Origin: Sphingomonadales bacterium
Lineage (GTDB): Bacteria > Pseudomonadota > Alphaproteobacteria > CAZZKF01
NCBI GenBank assembly: GCA_046756385.1
Contig: JBHHWG010000004.1
Coordinates: 5,938-69,937, forward strand
Length of the DNA stretch: 64,000 bases
Reading direction: 5' to 3'
Positions within the stretch are counted from its first letter, which is position 1. Each line of letters starts with the position of its first letter. The notes under the pieces were generated by a model. It was not told the DNA's origin, searched no databases, and worked only from the letters and a program-made list of their open reading frames with translations. Below are positions 39,125 through 48,582 of this stretch, piece by piece. The position numbers and the translations under genes are program-made.

Positions 39125-40846
39125 TTACCTGCGATCCCGCGCGAGCCGGAGCACGTAAATGCCGCCGACAATGGGCTTTTCAGCCTCGGTTCTGATTTCC
39201 GCCTTATCGGCCACGACAACCTCGAAATCGTGTTTGCCGGCCAAACCGGTAATATAATCCTGTGAATGGGCGAACCGCATGGCGCGATTGATCGAGAAGT
39301 CTCCGCCGGTCAGGTCCTCGGTCGAAAAGGCGAAATATCCACCCTCCCTGAGCGCCTTTGCGCAAACCCCGAATACCGAATCCAGATCGCCGATATAGAC
39401 GAACACATCCGCCGCCAGCACCAGATCAAAGGCCTGCCCGGCGCCCGCCAGGGTGTCCTCCAGCGCCTCGATGCGAAGCTCGTCATAAACGCCTCGCTCC
39501 TTCGCCCGCTCAATCATGCCGGACGACAGATCGGTCCCGATCATGCGCGCGGCCAGCCCACGAAACAGCGGTCCGCACAGACCGGTGCCGCAGCCCAGAT
39601 CGGCGACTGTCCATGCCGGTCTCTCATCGGCCAGAACACTCGCCACCGCCTCACGCAGCAACTCGGGCGTGCGATAATGCAGGTGATCGCGCAGTTCCGT
39701 GTCAAATCCGGGCGCCATTTTGTCGAACAGTTCCGACACATAGTCCGCCGGCGCGGCCGCCACCGGCTCCTGCCCCAGCGCCTCGAGCGCAAATTGCGCC
39801 GCCGCGTCGTCGGGATCGATTTCCAGCGCCCGGGCATAAGCCGCCTTCGCCTCGTCGGTCCGCCCCAACCGGGTCAGGGCCTGGCCGAGCCCGGAATGGG
39901 CTTCGAACACCGCGCCATCGAGTTCCAGCGCCCGGGCAAAGGCTTCGGCTGCACGCTCAAAATTGGCCGAACTGTTGCACAGATTGCCGATCGCCAGATG
40001 GACCGTCGGGTCATTGGCCATCAGGTCGGCGGCGCGCTCATAAGCCGCCAGAGCTTCCGAATACCGCTGGTTGCGATGAAAAGCGGTGGCCAGATTAAAG
40101 TGGGTGTCGCCGATCCCGTCATGCCCCTCGATCGCTTTTTGAAATGCCGCGATCGCCTCGTCCACACGATCGAGATTCAACAGCGCGCTGCCCAGCGTGT
40201 TCCGGGCGGCAAAATGATGCGGGGCAAGCCGGAGCACCCGCTCACAGACGCCGATCACCGCCTCGAATTTCCCCAGTCCGTGAAAGGCCAGCGCCATGTT
40301 CGCCAAAGCCTCCGGGTTGTCGGGCCGGGCCGCCACCGCCTTGTCATAGGTTTTAATGACCCGGTCCATATCGTCCTGACTATGGCCCCGATCACCCATC
40401 ATCTGAACGACAAGGGCCAGGCTCCTAAGGGCCGGCGCGAATGTCGGATCGATGTCCAGCGCCTCGGCAAACGCCTGATGCGCCTTGACGAGCTCGCCCT
40501 GTTCCATGAAACACAGCGCCAGATTGGTTCGGGTCACCTTGTCCCCCGGGTTCAGCGTCAAGGCCGCCGACAGGGACTTTTCGGCCGCCTTCATCTGCCC
40601 CAACTGCCGCAGAATTTCGCCCAGCGCGGCATGGAATACCGGCAATCCGGGCGCCATCGAGGTGGCGTGCTCAAAGATATCCCGAGCCGCCTCGGGCTGG
40701 CCGTTCTGATACATCAGGCTGCCATACTGAAACAGCGCTTCGGGATTTTTCGGCTCGCGCTTCAGGATCTTTCGATAAAGATCGCGCGCCCTTCCGACCC
40801 GGCCCGCCTGATGATGCTTCCTGGCCTGTTCGAGCTTGCTTTTCAT
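39125..40846 (-). CDS. TPR-repeat / SAM-dependent methyltransferase, copy 2 (tandem paralog)
   Basis: Collinear with copy 1 (MKSKLEQARKHHQAGR vs MQDKLEQAKEHHQAGR; motif I VADLGCGTGLCG). The start was trimmed to the paralog-aligned ATG; the ORF extends to 41110. Confidence 0.75.
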   Translation of the reverse strand: MKSKLEQARKHHQAGRVGRARDLYRKILKREPKNPEALFQYGSLMYQNGQPEAARDIFEHATSMAPGLPVFHAALGEILRQLGQMKAAEKSLSAALTLNPGDKVTRTNLALCFMEQGELVKAHQAFAEALDIDPTFAPALRSLALVVQMMGDRGHSQDDMDRVIKTYDKAVAARPDNPEALANMALAFHGLGKFEAVIGVCERVLRLAPHHFAARNTLGSALLNLDRVDEAIAAFQKAIEGHDGIGDTHFNLATAFHRNQRYSEALAAYERAADLMANDPTVHLAIGNLCNSSANFERAAEAFARALELDGAVFEAHSGLGQALTRLGRTDEAKAAYARALEIDPDDAAAQFALEALGQEPVAAAPADYVSELFDKMAPGFDTELRDHLHYRTPELLREAVASVLADERPAWTVADLGCGTGLCGPLFRGLAARMIGTDLSSGMIERAKERGVYDELRIEALEDTLAGAGQAFDLVLAADVFVYIGDLDSVFGVCAKALREGGYFAFSTEDLTGGDFSINRAMRFAHSQDYITGLAGKHDFEVVVADKAEIRTEAEKPIVGGIYVLRLARDRR

Positions 40847-41082
40847 GCCGGACACGCCCCTCCCCTGTTCCGATTGTTTGATCCCGGGCCCCGGCGAAAA
40901 CCCGGTCGACCGACGCTGAACCCTCGGCGGTTGACCCTTTATAACACCGGCCCCGGCCCCGGCACGAGGGATTCTGCCCGGCCATTCGGTCATTCCGGTC
41001 GACCGCCCGCCGGTTCCACTTGACTTTGGCCGCCGATTGTAGGAAGTCGAACCTTCCGCCCGGCATCCCCGCCCGGCACCGC

Positions 41083-41159
41083 GCGCCCGTAGCTCAGCTG
41101 GATAGAGCATCAGACTTCGAATCTGAGGGTCGGGAGTTCGAATCTCTCCGGGCGCGCCA
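41083..41159 (+). tRNA. tRNA-Arg (anticodon TCG)
   Basis: Cloverleaf with a 7-bp acceptor stem GCGCCCG/CGGGCGC and D-arm GCTCAGCTGGATAGAGC. Anticodon loop cTTCGaa gives anticodon TCG. T-arm GGGAGTTCGAATCTCTC. CCA is encoded. Confidence 0.85.
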
Positions 41160-41179
41160 ATTACTTTGAGCGCTTTTCG

Positions 41180-42130
41180 CTATAATGGCATCAATTTGAT
41201 GGGCGCGGTGAGTAGTTGATCGAGCAGCACCAGGTTGATCTGCCCCGGATCCGCGCGGAGCGAGCGGTCGAAGGTCTCCATTACCGAGCGGAGCACGGCG
41301 GCTTCCGCCTCTTGCGCAGGCGACCGTTTTGGCGCGACAACCGGCTCGGCCATCATCACTTCGATTTTGTGCTCAACTGTCCATTTTACTTGGGTGGGAA
41401 TGATCGGCGCGCCGGTCATGACCGAAAGGACGGCGGCCCCCGCCGGCACTTCGATGCGTCGCCCCAGCAGTGCGGCGTCCACCAGCCCGGTTCCGGTTCC
41501 GTCCATCGGAATGAACACAATTCCGCCGGCCTGCAGTTTTTTTCGGCACAGCGCCGCGGCGCGCAGATGGAACGCCCCCATCGCATCGTCATGGGACCGG
41601 GGGATGGTGACGATCTCCAGCGGCGTCTCGCTGTGATGCTGCCGCAGCATTGTCAGGATTACCGCCGGAATGTCCAACGCATGCAGCGCCGCATGGATGG
41701 CGATGACAGGACCGTCATGCAGCACGGCGATGATCGCGGGCTGCCCGTTATCTCGCAGTTCCCGGATACGATCGAGACTGGCGGCGGTCAGCAAGGGTGC
41801 TACCGCGTCATAGCCGTGGCGCAGAACGAGGCGGGTCAGCACCCGGTTTCTCGCCGCCGTACGGCAGATGGCGCGCGCGGTTTGTCGCCAGTTCTTTTGG
41901 TCGAGCGGCGCCAACAGCCGTTCCAACTCCGGCTCCAGATGGGAGAAAGTGCTTATTCCCAGTGCCCGCGACCCGATGGTCGACGCGACGCGCAGGGCGG
42001 CGGGAAGGGACCAGGAAGCCAAGGCCATCACCATGGCGTCGTAACAGCGGCTGGACCAGCTCCAGAATCCCGGGCTCTGGTCGAGGCGACCAAGCTCCCC
42101 CAGCCGGTCATGAGATACGAAATCATTCAC
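41180..42130 (-). CDS. Lysophospholipid/lipid A acyltransferase-family protein (LpxL/HtrB-like)
   Basis: 316 aa. General architecture of lauroyl/myristoyl acyltransferases. The motif-level support is weak. Confidence 0.45.
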   Translation of the reverse strand: MNDFVSHDRLGELGRLDQSPGFWSWSSRCYDAMVMALASWSLPAALRVASTIGSRALGISTFSHLEPELERLLAPLDQKNWRQTARAICRTAARNRVLTRLVLRHGYDAVAPLLTAASLDRIRELRDNGQPAIIAVLHDGPVIAIHAALHALDIPAVILTMLRQHHSETPLEIVTIPRSHDDAMGAFHLRAAALCRKKLQAGGIVFIPMDGTGTGLVDAALLGRRIEVPAGAAVLSVMTGAPIIPTQVKWTVEHKIEVMMAEPVVAPKRSPAQEAEAAVLRSVMETFDRSLRADPGQINLVLLDQLLTAPIKLMPL

Positions 42131-42165
42131 GAGCAGCCTCCAACCGGATCATACACCCGCGGGGG

Positions 42166-42561
42166 CTAATTGTCAGCCAGGACAACCTTGGGCCGCAGCA
42201 GCATGGGACCGTAAAGAGCCGCGAAAAACGAGACATCGATGACCGCCGCCACAGCGGCGCCCGTCATAGCGGAAAACAGCAGCGCCAGGCGGCCCGCCAA
42301 CCACAGCCCGAACAACAGCGCGAGCTTGATCCCATGCAGCCGGGGACGCCCGGTCCAGGACGGGATTGCGGTCAAAAGAAACCCGGTCACGGCAGCGCCC
42401 GCAAAACCGAACAGCATTTCATGGGAATGCCAGGACAATGGATCAAGCGCCAGCGGCAGGGAAAGGTGGCCCGCGAAACCAAGCAGCCAAAGCACAAGGG
42501 CGACCACCGGCCATAAACTGGCGCCCAGAAAAAACGGCCGAAATCCGTAGCTGAAAAACAC
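42166..42561 (-). CDS. Truncated NnrS-like membrane protein (N-terminal 131 aa only)
   Basis: The N-terminus FSYGFRPFFLGASLWPVVALVLWL matches the conserved start of NnrS-family heme-copper membrane proteins. Those are about 400 aa, so the body is missing. Confidence 0.45.
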   Translation of the reverse strand: MFFSYGFRPFFLGASLWPVVALVLWLLGFAGHLSLPLALDPLSWHSHEMLFGFAGAAVTGFLLTAIPSWTGRPRLHGIKLALLFGLWLAGRLALLFSAMTGAAVAAVIDVSFFAALYGPMLLRPKVVLADN

Positions 42562-42751
42562 GAGTTCGTTTCGGGTTGGATCGAATGAACAACTTCCTGA
42601 GACTTCACATCTAGTCTTTTTCGGGCGCGAAAGCCAGCTTCACATCGGCATCGTCGCTAGATCGTCGCCGCCGGTTGTCTCACCGGTCCGACCTCTCTAG
42701 TCTAGCCACCCAAGGCCGGGGCCCTGCCTGGCGCGACAAGGAGGAAAAAAG

Positions 42752-44794
42752 ATGTTCGACCGACTGACAGGCGCGGTAGCCGCACTGGCGGTGATGCTGA
42801 TGCTGGTCCCGGCGCACGCCGAAGACGGCCGTTTCGAACTGATCGACGTTTTCGAGCTCGAATACGCTTCCGACCCGCGAATTTCGCCGGACGGCAAACA
42901 AATCGTCTATGTGCGCAACTCCATGGACATCATGAAGGATTCCGGCCGGTCGAACCTGTGGATCGTCGACACCGACGGCTCCGATCATCGGCCACTTGCT
43001 TCGGCGAACGAGAATTTCTCCTCGCCGCGTTTTTCGCCCGATGGCGGGCGGCTGCTGTTCGTCTCCAGCTCGGAAGGCAGCGCGCAGCTCTATCTCCGCT
43101 GGATGGACACCGGCCAGGTTGCGCGCCTGACCAATCTGGCGGCAAGCCCGGGCGGCCTCGCCTGGTCACCCGACGGCAAGTGGATCGCTTTTACCATGCA
43201 GGTCCCCGCCACGACCGAACCGCTGGCGAAAATGCCCGCCAAACCCGAAGGCGCGGAATGGGCGAAGCCGGTGAAAGTGATTGACCGGCTCAATTACCGG
43301 TTCGACGGCGCGGGCTTCCTCAAACCGGGCTTCACCCATCTGTTCGTCATTCCCGCCGACGGCGGCACGCCTCGTCAGTTGACCTCGGGCGGCTTCAACC
43401 ACGACGGACAACCGGCATGGAGCGCCGATGGTCAATCGATCTTCATCTCCGCCAACCGCCATGACGACTGGGAACATCAGCCGCTAAATTCCGAGATCCA
43501 CGCGGTGTCGCTGGCCGACGGCGTCATCACCGCGCTTACGGATCGCAACGGGCCCGACCATTCCCCCGCCCTATCCCCCGACGGCTCAAAAATCGCTTAC
43601 CTGGGGTTTGACGATGAATATCAAGGCTATCAGGTAACCCGGCTTTACGTGATGAACCGCGACGGCGCCGCCAAGCGCCAAATCGCTGGTGATTTCGATC
43701 GCGGCATCGAAGCGCCGGTATGGAGCGCCGATGGCAAGGGCATCTATTTTCTTTACAGTTCAGAGGGGAACACCAGGATCGGATTGACCGATCTGAAAGG
43801 CAAGCTGCGCACTGTAGCGGCCGATGTCGGCGGGACCACAATCGGGCGGCCCTATTCGAGCGGCTCATTCACCGTTTCCCGCTCAGGATCCATCGCCTAT
43901 GTCGAGACCCGGCCCGAGCGTCCGGCCGATGTCGCGGTGGTGTTACGCAAATCAAAAAAACGCAGGCTGACCCGCCTCAATGACGACCTCCTCGGCCACA
44001 AGGAGCTGGCGGAGGTCGAGGAGATCTGGTTCGACAGCTCCCATGACGGACGCAAGATCCAGGGCTGGATCGCAAAACCGCCGGGCTTCGACCCATCGAA
44101 AAAATATCCCCTGCTGCTGGAAATCCACGGCGGGCCGTTCGCCAACTATGGGGATCGCTTTTCCTCTGAAATTCAGCTCTATGCCGCGGCCGGCCATGTG
44201 GTGCTTTATGCCAACCCCCGTGGCTCCACCAGCTATGGCGGCGAGTTCGGCAACCTCATTCACCACAATTATCCGGGCCAGGACTATGACGACCTGATGT
44301 CGGGCGTCGACACGGTAATCGCCAAGGGCTATGTCGATCCAGACAATCTGTTCGTGACCGGCGGCAGCGGCGGCGGCGTGCTCACAAGCTGGATCGTGGG
44401 CAAGACCGACCGGTTCCGTGCCGCCGTGGTGGCCAAGCCCGTGATCAACTGGACCAGCTTCGCGCTGACCTCGGACGCCTACAGCTTTTTTTACCAATAC
44501 TGGTTTCCGGGCCTGCCCTGGGATCATCAGGAGCAATACTGGAAGCGCTCGCCGCTTTCTCTGGTGGGCAACGTCACGACGCCAACCATGCTGCTGACCG
44601 GAGAGGCCGACTATCGCACGCCGATATCGGAGACCGAGCAATATTATCAGGCCCTAAAGCTGCGTAAAATTGACACCGCGATGGTGCGCATTCCAGGCGC
44701 CTCCCACGGTATCGCCAAACGGCCCAGCAACCTGATCGCCAAGGTGGCCAACATCCTGGCCTGGTTCGAGCGCCACAAGACGGAAAAACCGTGA
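42752..44794 (+). CDS. Peptidase S9 (prolyl oligopeptidase / acylaminoacyl-peptidase family) with N-terminal beta-propeller
   Basis: AAGGAGG ribosome-binding site and signal peptide. TolB-like propeller repeats (SPDGK.IAF). C-terminal alpha/beta-hydrolase region with nucleophile elbow VTGGSGGG and catalytic His near the C-terminus. Confidence 0.8.
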   Translation: MFDRLTGAVAALAVMLMLVPAHAEDGRFELIDVFELEYASDPRISPDGKQIVYVRNSMDIMKDSGRSNLWIVDTDGSDHRPLASANENFSSPRFSPDGGRLLFVSSSEGSAQLYLRWMDTGQVARLTNLAASPGGLAWSPDGKWIAFTMQVPATTEPLAKMPAKPEGAEWAKPVKVIDRLNYRFDGAGFLKPGFTHLFVIPADGGTPRQLTSGGFNHDGQPAWSADGQSIFISANRHDDWEHQPLNSEIHAVSLADGVITALTDRNGPDHSPALSPDGSKIAYLGFDDEYQGYQVTRLYVMNRDGAAKRQIAGDFDRGIEAPVWSADGKGIYFLYSSEGNTRIGLTDLKGKLRTVAADVGGTTIGRPYSSGSFTVSRSGSIAYVETRPERPADVAVVLRKSKKRRLTRLNDDLLGHKELAEVEEIWFDSSHDGRKIQGWIAKPPGFDPSKKYPLLLEIHGGPFANYGDRFSSEIQLYAAAGHVVLYANPRGSTSYGGEFGNLIHHNYPGQDYDDLMSGVDTVIAKGYVDPDNLFVTGGSGGGVLTSWIVGKTDRFRAAVVAKPVINWTSFALTSDAYSFFYQYWFPGLPWDHQEQYWKRSPLSLVGNVTTPTMLLTGEADYRTPISETEQYYQALKLRKIDTAMVRIPGASHGIAKRPSNLIAKVANILAWFERHKTEKP

Positions 44795-44806
44795 ATCGGA
44801 ATAACA

Positions 44807-45241
44807 ATGAACCCTGACGCCCGCGCCCGGCTCAACCGTGCGGTGACGCTGGCCCGATCCGGCCGCCATGACGAGGCGCTGGCGGCCGTCGTGCAGGCGA
44901 TCGATCTGGCCCCCGTGTCCGAGGAAATCCAGATCGCGGCTGCCGACATGGCATCGAAACTCAATCGCTGGGCGTTGGCGGCGCGGTGCTACGAGGCGCT
45001 CACCGAAATCGCGCCCGAGACCCTCGGTCATCATGTCTGGGACTTTCGCGAGCGCGCGGCGCCGCGCCTCGGACAGCGAGCGCCCGGTGTTTATTGTCGG
45101 CATGCCGCGCTCGGGCACGACGTTAGTCGAGCAAATATTGACGAGCCATCCGGCGGTCGAGGGAGCGGGCGAACACGAGGAAATGGGGCACATCAACGCG
45201 ATCTTCGAACACCTGGTCTTCGAACAACTCCGGGGCCCTGA
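44807..45241 (+). CDS. TPR-like N-terminal fragment; possibly the frameshifted 5' part of a TPR-sulfotransferase
   Basis: The first ~75 codons look TPR-like (RAVTLARSGRHDEALAAVVQAIDLAP...AARCYEALTEIAPE). After that the frame degenerates and overlaps the sulfotransferase frame. Confidence 0.3.
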   Translation: MNPDARARLNRAVTLARSGRHDEALAAVVQAIDLAPVSEEIQIAAADMASKLNRWALAARCYEALTEIAPETLGHHVWDFRERAAPRLGQRAPGVYCRHAALGHDVSRANIDEPSGGRGSGRTRGNGAHQRDLRTPGLRTTPGP

Positions 45242-45953
45242 TCGCAAAGCCGGTTTTGGGCTGGCGATGAAGGAGCAAGCGAACAATTTCGCGCGCCGAT
45301 ATCTGGAATCGCTTCCCCCCGCGGGCCCGGAAGTTCTGCGCGTCACCGACAAGATGCCGCTAAACTGCCTCCATCTCGGGCTGGTAGCCCTGCTGTTTCC
45401 CAAGGCACGGGTCATCCATCTGCGGCGCGACCCCATGGACACCTGCCTGTCGATGTTCTGCCGCGCCTTCCCCAAGGCTTACAGCTTTGCCCATGATCTC
45501 GCGGACCTCGTTCATTTCTACAAGCAATATGCCCGGCTTATGGACCATTGGCGCGCGGTGCTGCCGATGGCGTTTCTCGACGTCGATTATGAGGAACTGG
45601 TGGCCAATCAGAAAGCCGTCTCGCGGCGGATCGTTTCGTTCTGTGGGCTCGACTGGAACCCGGCCTGTCTGAACTTTCACGAGAACAAGCGGGCCGCTTT
45701 CACTTTCAGCGAATTGCAGGTGCGCCAGCCGATTTATGCGAATTCGGTGGAGCGATGGCGGCGCTATGAACGCCACCTGACCGGGTTGCGCGACGCCTTC
45801 CAGCGATCACTTCGCACGCCGCCAACCTTTCGCCGGATCAGTCGGCGAGCACGTCCTGCTCGCGGGAATCGACCCAGGCCTGATGAGTCAAAAACGTATT
45901 CGACAAAGCCCCGCGTTCGGCTTCGCTCAGGTCGGGATGCCAGATTCCCATGA
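45036..45953 (+). CDS. Sulfotransferase-family protein (PAPS-dependent)
   Basis: 5'-PSB motif PVFIVGMPRSGTTLVEQIL and 3'-PB region RRDPMDTCLSMF. The Arg-rich tail overlaps the convergent AspH gene. Confidence 0.65.
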   Translation, partial: SGTFASARRRASDSERPVFIVGMPRSGTTLVEQILTSHPAVEGAGEHEEMGHINAIFEHLVFEQLRGPDRKAGFGLAMKEQANNFARRYLESLPPAGPEVLRVTDKMPLNCLHLGLVALLFPKARVIHLRRDPMDTCLSMFCRAFPKAYSFAHDLADLVHFYKQYARLMDHWRAVLPMAFLDVDYEELVANQKAVSRRIVSFCGLDWNPACLNFHENKRAAFTFSELQVRQPIYANSVERWRRYERHLTGLRDAFQRSLRTPPTFRRISRRARPARGNRPRPDESKTYSTKPRVRLRSGRDARFP

Positions 45954-47142
45954 TCAGCACGATACGTTTGCTGTCGGCGTTGTTCCAGGCCTCGTGATCG
46001 AAGCTGTCATCGAAGATCAGGCATTTGCCCTCTTCCCACGGCCGGGTCACCGGACCCGAACGCATGCCGCCGTTTCCAGGCGCGAGCAACGGCAAATGAA
46101 CGGTCAGCCAGTGGTTGGACACGCCAAAATGGGGAACGATGTGGCCGCCGGGCTGCAGGATTGAGAAGAACACCTCCTGGGGAACAGTGCCGACCATGGC
46201 TAGCGGCACCTTTTCGAGCATCTTGACGATGCTGGGGAACTTTCGCAGCGCCTCATCGTTGGTCTTGCCCTGGAAATACAGGTGCAAAACCGTCCAGAGG
46301 CGGGAATCGGTCAGTGGCGCCGCTTCGCTGGTGGTACCGATATTATCGCGAATATAAGGGATGGTGTCGTCATCGATACTGAGCGAGGCCTCCATTTCCG
46401 TCTTGATAGCTTCGAAACTGGCCTCGACGTCAGCGATCCAGGGGAAATCCTCGCGCTCGAAATAAGCCCGGGGTTCGAGGCCGGGAACGTAGAAATTCCA
46501 GGGCTTTTGCTGCGGATCTCTATATTCGAAGGGCTCGGTCTGGGCATCGACCCAGATTGCCTCCCTGATCCGGCTGATTTCCTCGCCCGGATACTCGGCC
46601 TGCGTGGCGTCAACCGCCTGATTATGAAGATCGGTCAGCACACGTTTTAACCGTTCATCCGCTTCAAAAATGAGCCGCCTGGTTTCATCCGTCGTGCCCG
46701 GCTTATCAAAGGACTTGGTGTACGGGTCACCCATCTCCCCGCCCAGCGAGTAAGCCTTCGCCGCCTTGTCGAGATTGCCGAGTTGTGCGTAAACGTGGCT
46801 AAGGCGCAGCAGCGCCGCCGGATTCTGTATTTTCCGATGCAGCGTATCCCGGTAAACCTGTGCCGCCTTTTCCCACTGCCCCTGGGCCTCGTGTGCGCGT
46901 CCCAGGTTCATTTCGGTCATCTGACTGAACGATCCGGACGCGATTACCGCCTCAAGATAAGCCGCGGCTTCAGCAAATTCGCCATTATGCATCGCCCACG
47001 ACGAAAGATATTCCGCGGCGCCGAACGCCTCCGGTTTGATCTCGAGGATCCGCCTGCAATGTTCCGCGGCCCGTCCGAAGTCACCACGGCCATGGCAGGC
47101 CTCGACCTCGCTGAAAAGGCTCTTTACGTCCTGTGTGGTCAT
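45838..47142 (-). CDS. TPR-repeat protein with C-terminal aspartyl/asparaginyl beta-hydroxylase (AspH-like 2OG oxygenase) domain
   Basis: N-terminal TPRs. C-terminal cupin with HFGVSNHWLTVHLPL ... FDDSFDHEAWN, the 2-His-1-carboxylate pattern of the AspH family. Confidence 0.7.
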   Translation of the reverse strand: MTTQDVKSLFSEVEACHGRGDFGRAAEHCRRILEIKPEAFGAAEYLSSWAMHNGEFAEAAAYLEAVIASGSFSQMTEMNLGRAHEAQGQWEKAAQVYRDTLHRKIQNPAALLRLSHVYAQLGNLDKAAKAYSLGGEMGDPYTKSFDKPGTTDETRRLIFEADERLKRVLTDLHNQAVDATQAEYPGEEISRIREAIWVDAQTEPFEYRDPQQKPWNFYVPGLEPRAYFEREDFPWIADVEASFEAIKTEMEASLSIDDDTIPYIRDNIGTTSEAAPLTDSRLWTVLHLYFQGKTNDEALRKFPSIVKMLEKVPLAMVGTVPQEVFFSILQPGGHIVPHFGVSNHWLTVHLPLLAPGNGGMRSGPVTRPWEEGKCLIFDDSFDHEAWNNADSKRIVLIMGIWHPDLSEAERGALSNTFLTHQAWVDSREQDVLAD

Positions 47143-47371
47143 GACGATTCTGCCCGCTCCCTGTTAGCATGGTCCGCCGACGCCTTGCGCCAACCCATGT
47201 TACCCCCCAACCGGCGCCCGTCGATCAGGTCTTACCCTAACCGACCGCGACGGCATGTGCCAAGACGCCAATATAACCCTAACATTTTTAATACAATAGT
47301 CCATACGGACACCATCAAGTGGTTCCATAAGAGCGGAAAGCGCTTCAACCGCAGGAAATAAAGGAGCGTGA

Positions 47372-47812
47372 TCAGACGACGAATAGCCGTGACCAGTAGT
47401 TTCGCGAGCTTCTGACCAATTCGACGCCTTGTTTTTCAACCAGACGCTCGAGCAGACCCAGCAATTCCACTCGCCCGGGCTGGTAAGCGGCGCCCTCGCA
47501 ATTTTGCAACCGCTTAATGGATCTTGTGAAAAACCAGGCAATATTTTTGAATTTACCGGGCTCGCCATGCGCCAAGGCCTGGCGCAAAAGATCAGCGGCG
47601 AAAGCCACATGGTAATCCGAGACCGACCACGCAAGAGCGGTCAAAATATAGGCCTTGGCTTCTGCCTCTGGAAACGCGCCCTTTTCCAAAAGCGCGCACA
47701 ATTCACAAAGCTCGGCTTTATAACTCGCCCGTGCTTCCTCGGCAAAAGCCTCGACCGCCTTGTCCGCCTCTCGCAAGAAAGTTTTGCGAATTTCGCTCAG
47801 AGCAAGGTCCAT
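47372..47812 (-). CDS. Hypothetical protein (146 aa)
   Basis: Intact ORF with helical, acidic composition. No recognised domain. Confidence 0.35.
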   Translation of the reverse strand: MDLALSEIRKTFLREADKAVEAFAEEARASYKAELCELCALLEKGAFPEAEAKAYILTALAWSVSDYHVAFAADLLRQALAHGEPGKFKNIAWFFTRSIKRLQNCEGAAYQPGRVELLGLLERLVEKQGVELVRSSRNYWSRLFVV

Positions 47813-47827
47813 GCCTTACCTTTTTGA

Positions 47828-48432
47828 TCAGTCACCACGGCGCGGCGTGTCGATTTTGGCCTGCGTCAACTTGCCCCCGCCAGACCGTCGGTCAACGTCA
47901 TGATATGTTGACCTGACCCGCCGCCGATCCGGTCCGGTATAGACATCGAGGGAAATAAATGGCCGCGGTGTGGCAATCGACAGGTACATTTTGTCAAAAA
48001 CACTGGCCGGCGAAATCGGCTTTGTTACGATCTCCGTGATCCCGGCATCGCGCGCGGCGATAATTTGATTCAATTCAGTGTATCCCGTGCCAGGATCACA
48101 GGCACCGCGGGATTGTTCACTTCACCGGACCGACGGATGAAATTCAGCAAGTCCAGAGGCGCGCTTGTCTGCCTGGCCAAATCCATGAACACGCAATCCA
48201 GCTGTGCTTCCGAAACAATTTTCCTGGCCCGCCTGGTCGAATTCGCCTCGGCGATGCTTTGCACATCGAAGGCGCGAATGATTGAAGACAGCAGATTCAG
48301 CATAAAGGCATCCTCGTCACAAATGAGGACGCTCGAATTGACAAACGGCCCCTTTCGCTCACGGAGCCGCGGACCTGGCGGCGCAACGCAAGAGGATGCC
48401 AACCGTAGTGAGAATCTGGGCTTATTTGTCAT
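47828..48432 (-). pseudogene. CheY-like response-regulator receiver domain split by a +1/-1 frameshift
   Basis: ORF 48070..48432 carries the acidic pocket (VLICDED) and the phospho-Asp region (LDCVFMDL). ORF 47828..48073 starts 4 nt upstream of that stop and carries the rest (AARDAGITEIVTKP, conserved Lys). Confidence 0.5.
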
Positions 48433-48582
48433 GCAGGCTCGGTACCTTGTCCAACCCCGCGGCAGAACACCGACTCCGATGCCCCACTACAATACCACAG
48501 TATCTTCGACTAGTCTGTTATTATTATTTATTGGTGAAATTCAAGCCAAGCCGGCATCCGGGATCGCGCCAGGCGCCCGGCC

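Noticed and set aside
41083-41159. tRNA-Arg as the prophage integration site
   Set aside because: The Mu-like prophage begins about 12 kb away and Mu-type elements transpose without tRNA targeting. No integrase gene flanks the tRNA.
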